From contig CAXXJJ010000004.1 in NCBI GenBank assembly GCA_963667015.2, forward strand, positions 2,432,001 to 2,496,000: a stretch of DNA of 64,000 bases, written 5' to 3'. The notes beneath the pieces are model-generated. The model worked only from the letters and a program-made list of their open reading frames with translations. It did no database searches and was not told the DNA's origin. This document shows, one piece after another, positions 1 through 10,298 of the stretch. How positions within the stretch are numbered: position 1 is the stretch's first letter; every line of letters begins with the position of its first letter. The stretch comes from Desulfatiglandales bacterium. GTDB taxonomy: Bacteria > Desulfobacterota > DSM-4660 > Desulfatiglandales > HGW-15. A program made the position numbers and the translations under genes.

Positions 1-1592
1 ATATTAGGGAACAGGTGAGCTTTGTTCATTCAGGAGAAGCAGCCACAGAAAAGGCAATAGCAATAGTTGCAGCGGCCGTTGGAAAAGTATCGGAGATACC
101 CCCCCTTGAAACCATCAGCGTTGATGTAACCGGCCATGCAACAGTCATAGGCGCCGGCGTGGCAGGTCTCAGGTCTGCACTTGATATGGCAAAAAGGGGA
201 CTAAAAGTAGCCCTTGTAGAAAAGACTCCTTTCCTGGGAGGCCAGACCGCGCTGCTTAACAAGCTGTTCCCTTACGGCGACAAGGCAGGTGATGTAATCG
301 GCACACTTGCCAGGGCCGTTCTCACTCATCCCGGTATAACTGTTTATACCTGTGCCGAGATTACCAGGCAGGAAGGGTATATCGGAAACTTCAAGCTTAC
401 CATAACACGAAGGCCGCCCGAACTGGAACAGGAGCTTACCAACATAGAAAAGGCAGCCTCTTCAGGAAATGAATTTATTCCATTTACAGGGGTGTTTCAT
501 AATTCACCTCCCGAGGCCAGGGAGGATTTCGATATTGATACCGGAGCCATTGTTATAGCAACAGGCTTTGCAAGTCATATCCCAAGAAAAGGAGAATACG
601 GCTACCAGGAATTTCCAGAGGTTATAACTTTAAGAGACCTTGTTAAAGAACTCGCAGAAAACAACGACAGCGGGGATTACCTTATAATAAAGGGAAAGAC
701 TATAAGGAACATGGCCATGATTCACTGTGTCGGCTCCCGGCAGGTTGAGGGAATTCACGAACCGGATGAAAAAGGCTTTTTAAACGCAAACTGTTCCCGA
801 ACATGCTGTACAGGGCTTCTGTATTCTGCGCTTGAGATAAAAAACAGGCATCCTGAAACCGATATATTCAGCATATACCGTGATATCAGGACATACGGAA
901 GGTCACACGAAGAAATCTATGCAGAGGCATCAGGTAAAGGCGTCAGATTTATCCGCTATAATGTGGAAAATCAGCCGGTAGTAAAGAAAAATGGTGATGG
1001 ATATGCCCTTTCAGTATTTGCAAAAGATAACCTGCTGCAAAATGAAGAGCTTGAAGTACCGGTTGATCTGGTTGTCCTTGCAACGGGAATGAAGCCCGGA
1101 GAGATTGAACCGCTTATAGATCTGCTCAAGATTCACTGCGGTGCAGACGGCTTTCTGCTTGAGGTCCATCCCAAGCTCAGGCCGGTAGAGGTATTCACTG
1201 CAGGTATTTTTCTCGCAGGATCATGTCAGGCGCCCATGGATGTAACAGAGGCAACTGCTGCCGCTGCGGCAGCCGCATCCAAGGCCTCCATACTCCTTTC
1301 CAGGGGAGAGGTCAACCTGGAGCCCTATGTTTCAAAGGTAGATAAAGAGCAATGCGCAAAATGTCTCACATGTGTAAGGGCATGTCCCTTTGATGTTCCC
1401 GTCATAGAAGAAGACGGCGCCTACATCAACCCTGCCGCCTGTTACGGGTGCGGGGCCTGTGTATCGGCATGTCCCGGCGGTGCAATATCAATTGCACACT
1501 ATGATAATATTGAAATAGGCTCGCAGATAAAAGGGGCCATCACTTCGGGTATAATTTCACCTGAAGAAAACAATTTACAAACAGGAGGTTAG
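1..1592 (+). CDS. hdrA: Heterodisulfide reductase subunit A-like flavoprotein (5' partial)
   Basis: The frame is open from the left edge (IREQVSFVH). It contains a GAGVAG FAD motif, HCVGSR, CSRTCC, EVHPKLRPVE and two C-terminal CxxCxxCxxxCP ferredoxin motifs. Confidence 0.9.
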   Translation, partial: IREQVSFVHSGEAATEKAIAIVAAAVGKVSEIPPLETISVDVTGHATVIGAGVAGLRSALDMAKRGLKVALVEKTPFLGGQTALLNKLFPYGDKAGDVIGTLARAVLTHPGITVYTCAEITRQEGYIGNFKLTITRRPPELEQELTNIEKAASSGNEFIPFTGVFHNSPPEAREDFDIDTGAIVIATGFASHIPRKGEYGYQEFPEVITLRDLVKELAENNDSGDYLIIKGKTIRNMAMIHCVGSRQVEGIHEPDEKGFLNANCSRTCCTGLLYSALEIKNRHPETDIFSIYRDIRTYGRSHEEIYAEASGKGVRFIRYNVENQPVVKKNGDGYALSVFAKDNLLQNEELEVPVDLVVLATGMKPGEIEPLIDLLKIHCGADGFLLEVHPKLRPVEVFTAGIFLAGSCQAPMDVTEATAAAAAAASKASILLSRGEVNLEPYVSKVDKEQCAKCLTCVRACPFDVPVIEEDGAYINPAACYGCGACVSACPGGAISIAHYDNIEIGSQIKGAITSGIISPEENNLQTGG

Positions 1593-1595
1593 ATC

Positions 1596-2030
1596 TTGTC
1601 TGATTTCGAACCTAAAATAATAGTATTCTGCTGCCAGTTTTGAGGATATACAGCCGCGGACCTGGCAGGTTCATTACGTTTAGAATATCCGTCCAATGTA
1701 AGGGTTGTAAAACTCCCCTGCACAGGGAGAATTACACCAAAGCTCCTTTTAAAGGCTATTGAGGAGGGGGCTGATGGTGCATATGGAGTTGGATGTCTGG
1801 AAGGAGAGTGCCATTATATTGATGGTAATATAAAGGCGCGAAGGGTTATTAACTATACAAAAAAGATACTTGAGTCTGTCGGGGTAGAGCCTGAAAGGGT
1901 TGCAATGTATAATCTCAGCGCCTCAGACGGCCCTCTCTTTGCCAAATATGCCAATGAGTTTACTGAAATAATAAGACCCCTGGGACCAACCTACAAGCCT
2001 CAGGGTGATAAAGAGGTAGTAAATGGCTAA
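1596..2030 (+). CDS. mvhD: MvhD/FlpD-type [2Fe-2S] hydrogenase delta subunit, probable selenoprotein (in-frame TGA at 1641-1643)
   Basis: AGGAGG RBS and TTG start. Translation reads MSDFEPKIIVFCCQF-U-GYTAADLAG...VKLPCTGRI...GADGAYGVGCLEGECHYIDGN...; the frame stays open after TGA to TAA at 2028-2030. Directly follows hdrA. Confidence 0.88.
1658..1672 (+). promoter_or_regulatory. Candidate bacterial SECIS hairpin
   Basis: GGACCT-GGC-AGGTTC stem-loop with a G-containing apical loop about 20 nt 3' of the UGA. Confidence 0.5.
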
Positions 2031-2340
2031 AGACAGTTCTAAAAAGTCATCAAAAGACAGCAAAGAAAAACTTAAGGCACTTAGGGAAGAACGCAGTGCG
2101 ATAATTGACCGAAACAAAGAAATTTTAAAAAAACAGAACAGTGAAACCGGTTTAATCAAGAAAAGCCTTAAAGAAGGAAGCAAAACCATTCCTGAACTGG
2201 CCACAGCAACAGGTCTTAAAAGTGATCAGGTCCTTTATTATGTTTCGGCCATGAAAAAATATGGTGAAATAGAAGATGCCGGTCATGCCGGGGATTATCT
2301 CAAATATTCACTGATTGAAAAAAAGAAGGCTGCAAAATAA
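2023..2340 (+). CDS. Small winged-helix/HTH-like protein in the hdrA-mvhD operon
   Basis: 105 aa; KTIPELATATGLKSDQVLYYV HTH-like segment; overlaps the mvhD stop. Confidence 0.65.
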   Translation: MAKDSSKKSSKDSKEKLKALREERSAIIDRNKEILKKQNSETGLIKKSLKEGSKTIPELATATGLKSDQVLYYVSAMKKYGEIEDAGHAGDYLKYSLIEKKKAAK

Positions 2341-2345
2341 GATTT

Positions 2346-2374
2346 ATAGAGACGCCCAGCTTGGGCGTCTCTAT
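2346..2374. repeat. REP-like palindrome or terminator between convergent genes
   Basis: ATAGAGACGCCCA-GCT-TGGGCGTCTCTAT perfect stem. Confidence 0.6.
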
Positions 2375-2414
2375 GAACATGATCACACCCACAGGAAGTG
2401 GGATTTAATCCGGA

Positions 2415-3374
2415 TTAAATGGATTGACATTCCTGGATACATGACCCTTCATTGGGTTCAATCTGAAGTGTCGTATGCTCTATCCCGAATTTTTCCCTTA
2501 TAAGCTTATTGGCATCACTGAGGCAGTCCTGCCAGTGGTTTGTATCCGCGCAACAGGTGGCAAGGCGTATATGTGCCGATAGCACCGGCATCCCGGAGGT
2601 TATGGTCCATATATGAAGATCATGAACCTCGTCAATATGCTCCATAGCCTCAAGGCTTTCCTTTACCTCAATGTAATCGATATTCTCAGGTGTTGCCTCA
2701 AGCAGGATATTCATGGTCTGTTTAAGAAAACCCCAGCTGCTCCAGAGTATAAGGAGGCCTATTACCATACTAGCGATAGCGTCAATTGGGAGCCACCCTG
2801 TTGTCATAATCACCAGACCGGCGATTATTGCGCCGACAGATCCAAGGGCATCTGCCACCATGTGAAGAAATGCACCCCTCAGGTTTACATTATCTTCATG
2901 CCCTTTTGCCAGAATAACAGCACTTGCCAGGTTTGCAATTAGACCGAATATGGCGATAAGGATCATGACAGGTCCGTCAATGGTCTGAGTACTTTCCAGT
3001 CTTTTCCAGGACTCGTAAAGGATAAACCCGACGATTAATACAAGGGTTGCGCCGTTGAGGAAGGCACCCAGCACCTCGGCACGGAGAAGTCCGAAGGTCC
3101 TGTTGGGAGTTGCCGGCCTTCTTGCCAGATGGGCAACAAATATGGCAAGGGCAAGGGCTCCGACATCCGTAAGCATATGCCCTGCGTCTGCGAGAAGTGC
3201 CAGAGAATTGACCATCAGGCCGCCTGCAACCTCTACCACAAGAAATACAAGGTTGATTGCAAAGGCCCACCACAACCTGCCGTAGGGAGTACTCTTCAGG
3301 TCATGGCTGTGGTCATGGTGACCGTCATGGTCGTGGCCGTGGTCATCGTGATTATGGGCATGTTGTTCAGCCAC
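2415..3374 (-). CDS. Cation diffusion facilitator (CzcD/ZitB-like Zn/Co/Cd exporter)
   Basis: His-rich N-terminus, SLALLADAGHMLTD, NLRGAFLHMVAD, VHDLHIW, HTTLQIE. Confidence 0.92.
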   Translation of the reverse strand: MAEQHAHNHDDHGHDHDGHHDHSHDLKSTPYGRLWWAFAINLVFLVVEVAGGLMVNSLALLADAGHMLTDVGALALAIFVAHLARRPATPNRTFGLLRAEVLGAFLNGATLVLIVGFILYESWKRLESTQTIDGPVMILIAIFGLIANLASAVILAKGHEDNVNLRGAFLHMVADALGSVGAIIAGLVIMTTGWLPIDAIASMVIGLLILWSSWGFLKQTMNILLEATPENIDYIEVKESLEAMEHIDEVHDLHIWTITSGMPVLSAHIRLATCCADTNHWQDCLSDANKLIREKFGIEHTTLQIEPNEGSCIQECQSI

Positions 3375-3552
3375 CTGACACCTCCTGTTATTGTCTATCT
3401 GGTTCTCCTGTAGAGAAAGGTTCTTGTCGCGCCATAGCCTGAAGACGAAGGCGGATAAAACCTGTCTCCAGGGTTTCCTGCCTTAATATATTCCGAATAC
3501 TATACCTCAAAATAAGCATAAAATCAGAAAGTACGATAAATATCAGAAAAAA

Positions 3553-4166
3553 TCAGAAGGTGATCTTTAAAATCTGCCCGAGTATTTCCCGGGGTTCGGG
3601 GGCAATCCAGTCGAGGACCTCCCCTCCCCTGTCTTCGTTAAAATACTCGCACAGGCTCTCAAAGGGGGAGCGAACCGGGTCTGATATAAAGACCTGTTTA
3701 ACCCCTGCCCTTTTTGCCCTGAGGATAAGATTCTTTAACAGATCAGTCATATCGTCCCAGAAGCAGATATCCGCCCCAAGTAAAATATCATATTTTTCAA
3801 GGTCTTTTTTACGCAGCTGCTCAAATCCTTTTTGAATAAAATCCACTTTGACATTATTGATTTCAGCGTGAAGCATACCGTAGGGAAGCACATTTCTGTC
3901 TATATCTGCACCGGTTGCCACTGCCTTATGTTTTTTTGCACAATATGTGCTTAAAAGTCCCCACCCGCACCCAACCTCAAGAATACGGCTTCCTTTGGAA
4001 GCCCCTTGCGCCTGAAATAGTCCATTAAAAGCCAGCTTGACCACCAGAACCTGTTTCCATGACTGTTGGGCCTGAACTGCCGCTTTAGACTCCTTATGGC
4101 AGGGTGTGGAGAAAGAAGTACTTTTATACCATAGGCGTTTAGCTCTTTTTTTATCTGTCTTTTCAT
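3553..4166 (-). pseudogene. Class I SAM-dependent methyltransferase, frameshifted near 3994-3996
   Basis: The N-terminal ORF (MKRQIKK...HGNRFWWSSWLLMDYFRRKGLPK) joins GSRILEVGCGWG...GADICFWD in another frame if one A is added to the A-run. Confidence 0.75.
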
Positions 4167-4336
4167 TTTTATGGCTATTTTTAAAATTTTGTGAATTATA
4201 TACTATCTTTGTTTTAATAGAATCCATTATTCTATTGATATTACGACACGGTTGACGTGAGGTGATATATAATATATGAACCCCCGGCGTCAACCGTACA
4301 TAAATTAAAACACCCCTGATAAAGGAGAAAATATAA

Positions 4337-5203
4337 ATGGAAAAGGTTGTAATTGATGGGATCGAACTCTCGCTTACCCACCCGGTAGAGATACCCATGG
4401 ACTGGGTGGGGCAGGAGGAACTGGTCACACAGCTGCTTGCTGCATGGCTTGTACTTGGGAAAGATGATCTTCCCCTTAATCCGAGACTTCTGGGAAAACC
4501 CGGTGTTGGAAAAACAACACTTGCATATCATGCCGGCAAAATGATGAATAAATCCGTGTATCTCTTTCAGGCCACCATGGATACGCGCCCCGAGGACCTG
4601 ATAGTCACACCGGTTATCTCGGAAAACGGAAAGATCAAATATATAGCCAGCTCCATTGTATCGGCCATGATCAAGGGAGGGGTGGCTGTAATTGATGAAG
4701 GCAACCGAATGAGTGAAAAAAGCTGGGCATCTCTTGCTCCGCTTATGGATAACAGGCGGTATGTCGAATCAGTCGTAGCAGGCATAAAAATCAAGGCTCA
4801 TCCTGATTTCAGATTGTGTGCAACAATGAATGACGATGCCAGCACATTTGATCTCCCGGATTATATATACTCAAGGCTCCAGCCCGGAATTGTACTGGAC
4901 TTTCCCGAACGTGATGATGAACTGCTGATATTAAAAAAGAACCTGCCATTTGCCGATGAAGAAATCCTTGAGTACGTTGTTGAGTTCCTGCAGGCAGCCC
5001 ATTCTGCAAACGAGCGTTACAGCGTACGTGACGGGATCAATATCGCAAGGTACGCCCTTAAACGCATGTCTGAGCACGGCATCAAGGATAAGGCTGAAAC
5101 CGATGCCATGACTCTCGAGTACCTTGGTGAATCGGCAGGAATGATCCTTGATCCCATGGCAGCAGAATATTTTAATGAGATGATGGACTTTGAGGATGAA
5201 TAA
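4337..5203 (+). CDS. MoxR-like AAA+ ATPase
   Basis: AGGAG RBS; Walker A GKPGVGKT; Walker B VIDEGNR; AHPDFRLCATMN. Confidence 0.85.
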   Translation: MEKVVIDGIELSLTHPVEIPMDWVGQEELVTQLLAAWLVLGKDDLPLNPRLLGKPGVGKTTLAYHAGKMMNKSVYLFQATMDTRPEDLIVTPVISENGKIKYIASSIVSAMIKGGVAVIDEGNRMSEKSWASLAPLMDNRRYVESVVAGIKIKAHPDFRLCATMNDDASTFDLPDYIYSRLQPGIVLDFPERDDELLILKKNLPFADEEILEYVVEFLQAAHSANERYSVRDGINIARYALKRMSEHGIKDKAETDAMTLEYLGESAGMILDPMAAEYFNEMMDFEDE

Positions 5204-7013
5204 TAATCATCTGCAATGGCAGAATATCCGTTTGCTGCCCATGGTGCATGGGAAAATGGAGTTCGCCCTTGAGGTTCGAAGGCAGTTCAGGGAGTATCAG
5301 CCCGATATCATAGCAGTTGAATATCCTTCCACACTGAAAGACCGGATCATCCAGGGAGTAAAGCGGCTCCCTCTCCTGTCTGTAGTGCATTACAAAGAAT
5401 CAGACGGCATCTTTACATATCTTCTTGTTGAGCCTGCCGACCCCCTGGTTGAGGCAGTGAGGCTTGGAATCGAATCGAATATACCTCTTCACTTTATTGA
5501 CCGGGACACGGAGGATTATCCTGCTGATTATACGCCCATGCCTGATTCCTATGCCCTTACAAAGATAGGCCACTACAGTTATATCAAGGAATATATACGT
5601 GAACACAGGGATGACAAAAGCAGCAGGGAAGATACCTTAAGAGAAAAGAACATGGCCTATAACCTGCAAAAACTCAATAAAACAGGTAAAAAGGTCCTTT
5701 TTGTGGGAGGGATTTACCATTCTCCCAGAATACTAACGATGCTGGATGAGCCCCAGACAGAGGTAATAGGCATAAGAAAAAGGACAGGAGTCGGCCTGTC
5801 ACATATACACCGGGAATCCAGCAGAGAGATCCTCTCTGAAATGCCCTTTTTATTGGCCGAATACGAAAACCATCGTTCTGCACCTGATGGTGAAGAACCG
5901 GACAGGATGAAGATCAACAACCGGCTGATCGAGGAAGCAAAAAGAAGATTATGGAAAAATGACAGGGAAGAACTGTCCCCTGTACAGATTGAAATACTTA
6001 ACAGGTTTGCCAGAAATTACGCCGCCATTACAGGCAATCTTGTGCCCGATTTTTATCAGCTCATAGTTGCAGCCAGGGGAATTGCGGATGACAATTTCGC
6101 CTGGGAGGTTTGGGACAGGGGCAGCGAGTATCCATGGCAGACCGAAGAACCTGACATTCCTGTGATCCGGCTGTCAGGTGATGATCTGTTTTTTGACCAG
6201 AGAAAAATCAAGTTCCATCGAAGGATAAAGGGAACCCGGAAACGCCTGATTTCTGTGCCAGTAAAAAAACGGCGGAGAGAAACGACAAAGGGAGAATGGA
6301 AGGACCGTTTCAGGGGAGAACACATATGTTCATACCCTCCGGAGGATATTGTAATCGAAGGGTACGGCCATCATCTTCAAAAGAGGGCTATAGAAATCAA
6401 GTCAGAGGAAAACAGCAGGGTTGTCCCTTTTACAAGCTCAATGATGGACGGGCTGGACCTTAGAGAGACAATAAAGAATTTTCACGAGGGAAAGATATAC
6501 GTCAGGGAAAATCGTCCGCTCAGGGGCAAAGTAGGCTCTGTGGTTGTTATATTTGATCCGGACATGCCTGACAGGGACGGTAATGAGTCTTTTCCATGGA
6601 AGGTCACATGGCTTGGTGAGCATAACCAGGAATCGGATATGGCCTTTTACAGCACCCCAGCCGGTGATGTTATGGACGGCCCCGGAATCAGCAGGTGCCA
6701 GTATGGCGGATTTATGCTGAGTTACCCGCCCATGAGGGTTTATGATGTGTGGAAGGATAATTTTTTCAGCGGTGCAAGGAATAAACCCGAAAGACTTTTA
6801 ATGGCAGCCATTGACTACTGCCTGGAAAAACATGTTGTATATGTAGCACCGACGCCTCCGACCGGATGGTGTAGAAGTATTGCAGAGAGATACGGGAAAA
6901 ATATAATCTACATACCTATCGGTACAATACCGCCGGCCACCCTTAAGAAAATTCGAAAATTCCATGTCCTGGACGGACATCATGTCAGGGACTATGCAAC
7001 TGAGTATATTTAG
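5196..7013 (+). CDS. Conserved hypothetical protein coupled to the MoxR-like ATPase
   Basis: Long ORF overlapping the ATPase stop; N-terminal PMVHG...PDIIAVE and VLFVGGIYH motifs resemble TraB/ChaN-like folds. Confidence 0.7.
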   Translation: MNNNHLQWQNIRLLPMVHGKMEFALEVRRQFREYQPDIIAVEYPSTLKDRIIQGVKRLPLLSVVHYKESDGIFTYLLVEPADPLVEAVRLGIESNIPLHFIDRDTEDYPADYTPMPDSYALTKIGHYSYIKEYIREHRDDKSSREDTLREKNMAYNLQKLNKTGKKVLFVGGIYHSPRILTMLDEPQTEVIGIRKRTGVGLSHIHRESSREILSEMPFLLAEYENHRSAPDGEEPDRMKINNRLIEEAKRRLWKNDREELSPVQIEILNRFARNYAAITGNLVPDFYQLIVAARGIADDNFAWEVWDRGSEYPWQTEEPDIPVIRLSGDDLFFDQRKIKFHRRIKGTRKRLISVPVKKRRRETTKGEWKDRFRGEHICSYPPEDIVIEGYGHHLQKRAIEIKSEENSRVVPFTSSMMDGLDLRETIKNFHEGKIYVRENRPLRGKVGSVVVIFDPDMPDRDGNESFPWKVTWLGEHNQESDMAFYSTPAGDVMDGPGISRCQYGGFMLSYPPMRVYDVWKDNFFSGARNKPERLLMAAIDYCLEKHVVYVAPTPPTGWCRSIAERYGKNIIYIPIGTIPPATLKKIRKFHVLDGHHVRDYATEYI

Positions 7014-7048
7014 CCGCCAACCAATTATATTACAGGATGTTATAAAAA

Positions 7049-7282
7049 ATGGATACATGCAGGCATCAGAAACTTGTTCTTATAAAACAGGACAAAAACA
7101 AGCTGAGATGCACCCATTGCCACCTGACTATAAACGAGGATGAGCTGGAGACAGATTACTGCCCGGAGTGCTGGGATGCAGAGAGGGTAAAAAGAAGGGA
7201 TTTTGAAAAGGTTGATCAAAAAGAGAGTGAAACCGACATATACCGGTGTGAGGAATGCGGTGCGGAAATAAGGATACAGTAA
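7049..7282 (+). CDS. Small zinc-ribbon protein
   Basis: CTHC, CPEC and CEEC motifs in 77 aa; followed by a terminator. Confidence 0.7.
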   Translation: MDTCRHQKLVLIKQDKNKLRCTHCHLTINEDELETDYCPECWDAERVKRRDFEKVDQKESETDIYRCEECGAEIRIQ

Positions 7283-7320
7283 CAAAAAACGCCCTTTTAA
7301 AAAGGGCGTTTTTTGTTACT
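7278..7320. terminator. Bidirectional intrinsic terminator
   Basis: AGTAACAAAAAACGCCCTTTT-A-AAAAGGGCGTTTTTTGTTACT inverted repeat between convergent genes. Confidence 0.85.
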
Positions 7321-7335
7321 TATATTGTTTTCCGT

Positions 7336-9825
7336 TTACACCGTAGTAACAGGTGACGGTGGTGATGGTGGTCGCCTGTCATAAAACAAGTCCATTGCGG
7401 GTTTGCCGGACTTTCCGGAGGGCTTTATCGCTGCATTGAGCGCCTCCTCTATTCTTTCGACCAGGATGAATTGAATATCATTCCTTACCTCATCAGGAAG
7501 TTCTTCCAGGTCTGCTTCATTTCGTTTTGGCAGTATTACGGTCTTGAGCCCTGCACGGTGTGCTGCCAGGACCTTCATCTTTATCCCGCCTACCGGCAGT
7601 ACCCGTCCCCTGAGGGTTACTTCTCCGGTCATGCCTATCTTGTTTCTGATCGGCCGGCCGGTGAACAGGCTCGTCATTGCCATAACCATTGCAATGCCGG
7701 CCGAAGGCCCGTCCTTGGGTATAGCGCCTGCAGGCACATGGATATGAAAATCCTCTTTTTTGGCAATGTCCTTTGGCAGATCCCATTCCTGGGTCTTGGC
7801 CTTTACATAGCTGAATGCTATCTCAGCGCTTTCCTTCATTACTTCGCCAAGCTGACCTGTGAGGTTCAGCCGCCCGCTTCCCTTCATGCGGGTTGCCTCT
7901 ATAAACAGTATATCTCCTCCTGTTGCGGTTACTGCAAGTCCGGTAGCAATCCCAGGGATCTCGATAGACTCTGACATCTCGGACTCGTATTTCTCTTTTT
8001 TAAGGTATTCCCTTACAAGCTCAGGGGTAACCTCAACGCTCTCAATCTGATTCGCAGCAATCTTGACTGCGACCTTCCTGCAGACCGTACCAATCTGTCT
8101 TTCAAGATTTCGTACACCCGCTTCCCGTGTATAATACTGAATTATCTTTCTAAGGGCATCTTCATTTATGCTGATCTCATCACCTCGTATACCGTTTGCC
8201 CGTGTCTGACGGGGAACAAGATAGCCCTGGGCAATCTTTACCTTTTCAAACTCAGTATATCCTTCGAGCTGAATTATCTCCATCCGGTCTCTCAGGGGTG
8301 CAGGGATTGTATCAAGCTGATTTGCGGTGGTTATAAAGATGACATCACTTAAGTCAAAATCCACATCCAGATAATGGTCCCTGAAGGCATAGTTCTGTGC
8401 CGGATCAAGTACCTCCAGGAGCGCACTGCTGGGATCTCCCCTCCAGTCCGAACCTATCTTGTCTATTTCATCCAGCATAAAGATAGGATTCCTTGTGCCG
8501 GCCCTTTTTATTGCCTGAATAATCCTTCCGGGCATTGCGCCTATGTATGTCCTTCGGTGACCGCGTATCTCCGCCTCATCCCTCATACCGCCCAGGCTCA
8601 TCCTTGTAAACTTCCTGCCAAGTGCCCGTGCTATGCTCTTGCCAAGGCTGGTTTTACCAACACCCGGAGGTCCTGCAAAACAGAGTATTGCCCCCTGGGC
8701 CTCACTTGCCTTGTCTAAGGAATTGGGATCAGGCTCTACACCCCTTTCGCGAACAAGCTTTCGTACGGCCAGGTACTCGACAAGCCGGTCCTTAACATCC
8801 TGAAGGTCATAATGGTCCTCGTCAAGTATTGCCCTTGCATGCTCAACATCGAGCTGGTCCTCACTGAGTTTGCTCCAGGGCAATTCCACCATCCAGTCAA
8901 GATATGTCTTTATCACAGGGTGTTCTGCCGAATGGGGCGACATGCCGGAAAGGCGTTTCAGTTCTCTCTTTGCCTCTTTCTCGGCCTCCTCGGGAAGATT
9001 TGCCTCCCTGAGCTTCTGGTTATATTCTTCCACCTCCGATTCTGCCTGCCCATCCTCGGATTCACCCAGTTCCTTTTGTATGGCCTTTAGCTGCTGCCTT
9101 AAAAAATACTCTTTATGGGCCTTATCCAGGGTTTCCTTGGCCTCGCTTTTAATCTTGTTGTCCAGCATCAGTATTTCTTTCTGATGGGTCAGATGAGCAA
9201 TAAGTGTCTTAATCTTATCCTTCAGGTCATCGGCCTCAAGAAGGGCCTGCGAGTCAACAATACTCAGTCCATGGTTGGCTGCAGTCATATATGTCAGATA
9301 TCTCGGGTCCTCGATCTGTTCAATAAAACTGGAGGCATTTTCCGGAAAACTTGGAGACATCTGCACCACTTCCTTTGCAAGATCCCTCAAGCTGTGAACC
9401 ATTGCCTCAAATTCCATTCCTTCGTCATAATGATCAGGGGCTGCACTAATCTTTGCGGTAAGATATGGAATGGAGCCTGTCCAGCTTTCCACCTTGAATC
9501 TTTCCAAACCCTGTACAATTACATTAAGGGAATTATCCGGTGACTGGAAAACCCTTGTTATTGAGGCAACTGTTCCAACCTCATAAAGCTGCCCCGGATG
9601 GGGCTCTTCAATCTCTGGATTTTTTGATGTAATCAGGCCAATAAGCCTGTTACCCTTTATTGCATCTTTTATAAGGCGTTCTGATCTGGGGACGCCAATC
9701 GGCAGATGCATAATCGTATAAGGAAAAACGATCATACTTCTCAATGGAAGAATAGGAAGCTCCTCCGGTATATCATCCAAAAGCTCGGTTATCTCTTCGT
9801 TATTAATCATGGAAGAATCACTCAT
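7336..9825 (-). CDS. lon: ATP-dependent Lon protease
   Basis: LON N-domain, GPPGVGKTS, DEAEIRGHRRTYIGAMPG, PKDGPSAG catalytic Ser, VGGIKMK catalytic Lys. Confidence 0.97.
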   Translation of the reverse strand: MSDSSMINNEEITELLDDIPEELPILPLRSMIVFPYTIMHLPIGVPRSERLIKDAIKGNRLIGLITSKNPEIEEPHPGQLYEVGTVASITRVFQSPDNSLNVIVQGLERFKVESWTGSIPYLTAKISAAPDHYDEGMEFEAMVHSLRDLAKEVVQMSPSFPENASSFIEQIEDPRYLTYMTAANHGLSIVDSQALLEADDLKDKIKTLIAHLTHQKEILMLDNKIKSEAKETLDKAHKEYFLRQQLKAIQKELGESEDGQAESEVEEYNQKLREANLPEEAEKEAKRELKRLSGMSPHSAEHPVIKTYLDWMVELPWSKLSEDQLDVEHARAILDEDHYDLQDVKDRLVEYLAVRKLVRERGVEPDPNSLDKASEAQGAILCFAGPPGVGKTSLGKSIARALGRKFTRMSLGGMRDEAEIRGHRRTYIGAMPGRIIQAIKRAGTRNPIFMLDEIDKIGSDWRGDPSSALLEVLDPAQNYAFRDHYLDVDFDLSDVIFITTANQLDTIPAPLRDRMEIIQLEGYTEFEKVKIAQGYLVPRQTRANGIRGDEISINEDALRKIIQYYTREAGVRNLERQIGTVCRKVAVKIAANQIESVEVTPELVREYLKKEKYESEMSESIEIPGIATGLAVTATGGDILFIEATRMKGSGRLNLTGQLGEVMKESAEIAFSYVKAKTQEWDLPKDIAKKEDFHIHVPAGAIPKDGPSAGIAMVMAMTSLFTGRPIRNKIGMTGEVTLRGRVLPVGGIKMKVLAAHRAGLKTVILPKRNEADLEELPDEVRNDIQFILVERIEEALNAAIKPSGKSGKPAMDLFYDRRPPSPPSPVTTV

Positions 9826-10082
9826 GGTATTATCCTCCGATATATGATGAACCTGTTAACTGATTATAAAAAATCTGATAAAACAGGGTGAATTGGTTAA
9901 TTATAATATAATTCCGAATTAAAGATACATCTTAATAATAACTAACCATCGGAGAAAAGCTTGTCAAGGAGAGGAAACGATTGAAGCGGTGGTGTTCTAT
10001 TGAGGCTTCAGCACCTTACAATAAAAGGTAAGCAGGCAGGGAAGGCACTGAAATTACACTTAATTCTTACTTTTCGCTATCC

Positions 10083-10298
10083 CTATCTTACGGCCTGTAA
10101 CACTGGGAATGCAAAATGATTTATTTCTTTTTCAAGGTTATGTATTTCTTCCCAGAGCCTGGTAAGATCATTTTCCTTTTGTCTTAAATCAGCATCTCCA
10201 TAACAGGGTTGAAGTTCAACTACCTTAAATTGCTGCTTCAATAAACTGATTTCCCTTTTGACTTCTTTTCGCACTTTCATTTTTCCTAATCGAAACAT
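10083..10298 (-). CDS. Small coiled-coil hypothetical protein
   Basis: AGGAG RBS upstream; 71 aa; a near-sigma54 motif (TGGCATGATTTTTGAA) lies upstream on the minus strand. Confidence 0.5.
   Translation of the reverse strand: MFRLGKMKVRKEVKREISLLKQQFKVVELQPCYGDADLRQKENDLTRLWEEIHNLEKEINHFAFPVLQAVR

Noticed and set aside
3406..3473. Imperfect hairpin containing GCCATAGCC...GAAGGCGG upstream of the CDF gene
   Set aside because: It resembles a degenerate intergenic repeat; single copy here and no evidence for a riboswitch.
4167..4428. N-terminal extension of ORF 3553-4428
   Set aside because: It overlaps the divergent ATPase gene and its intergenic region; the real start is 4166 in another frame.
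7471..9543. Multiple plus-strand ORFs within lon (similar ones lie within copA, meaB and the crotonase gene)
   Set aside because: Antisense shadow ORFs of well-supported genes.
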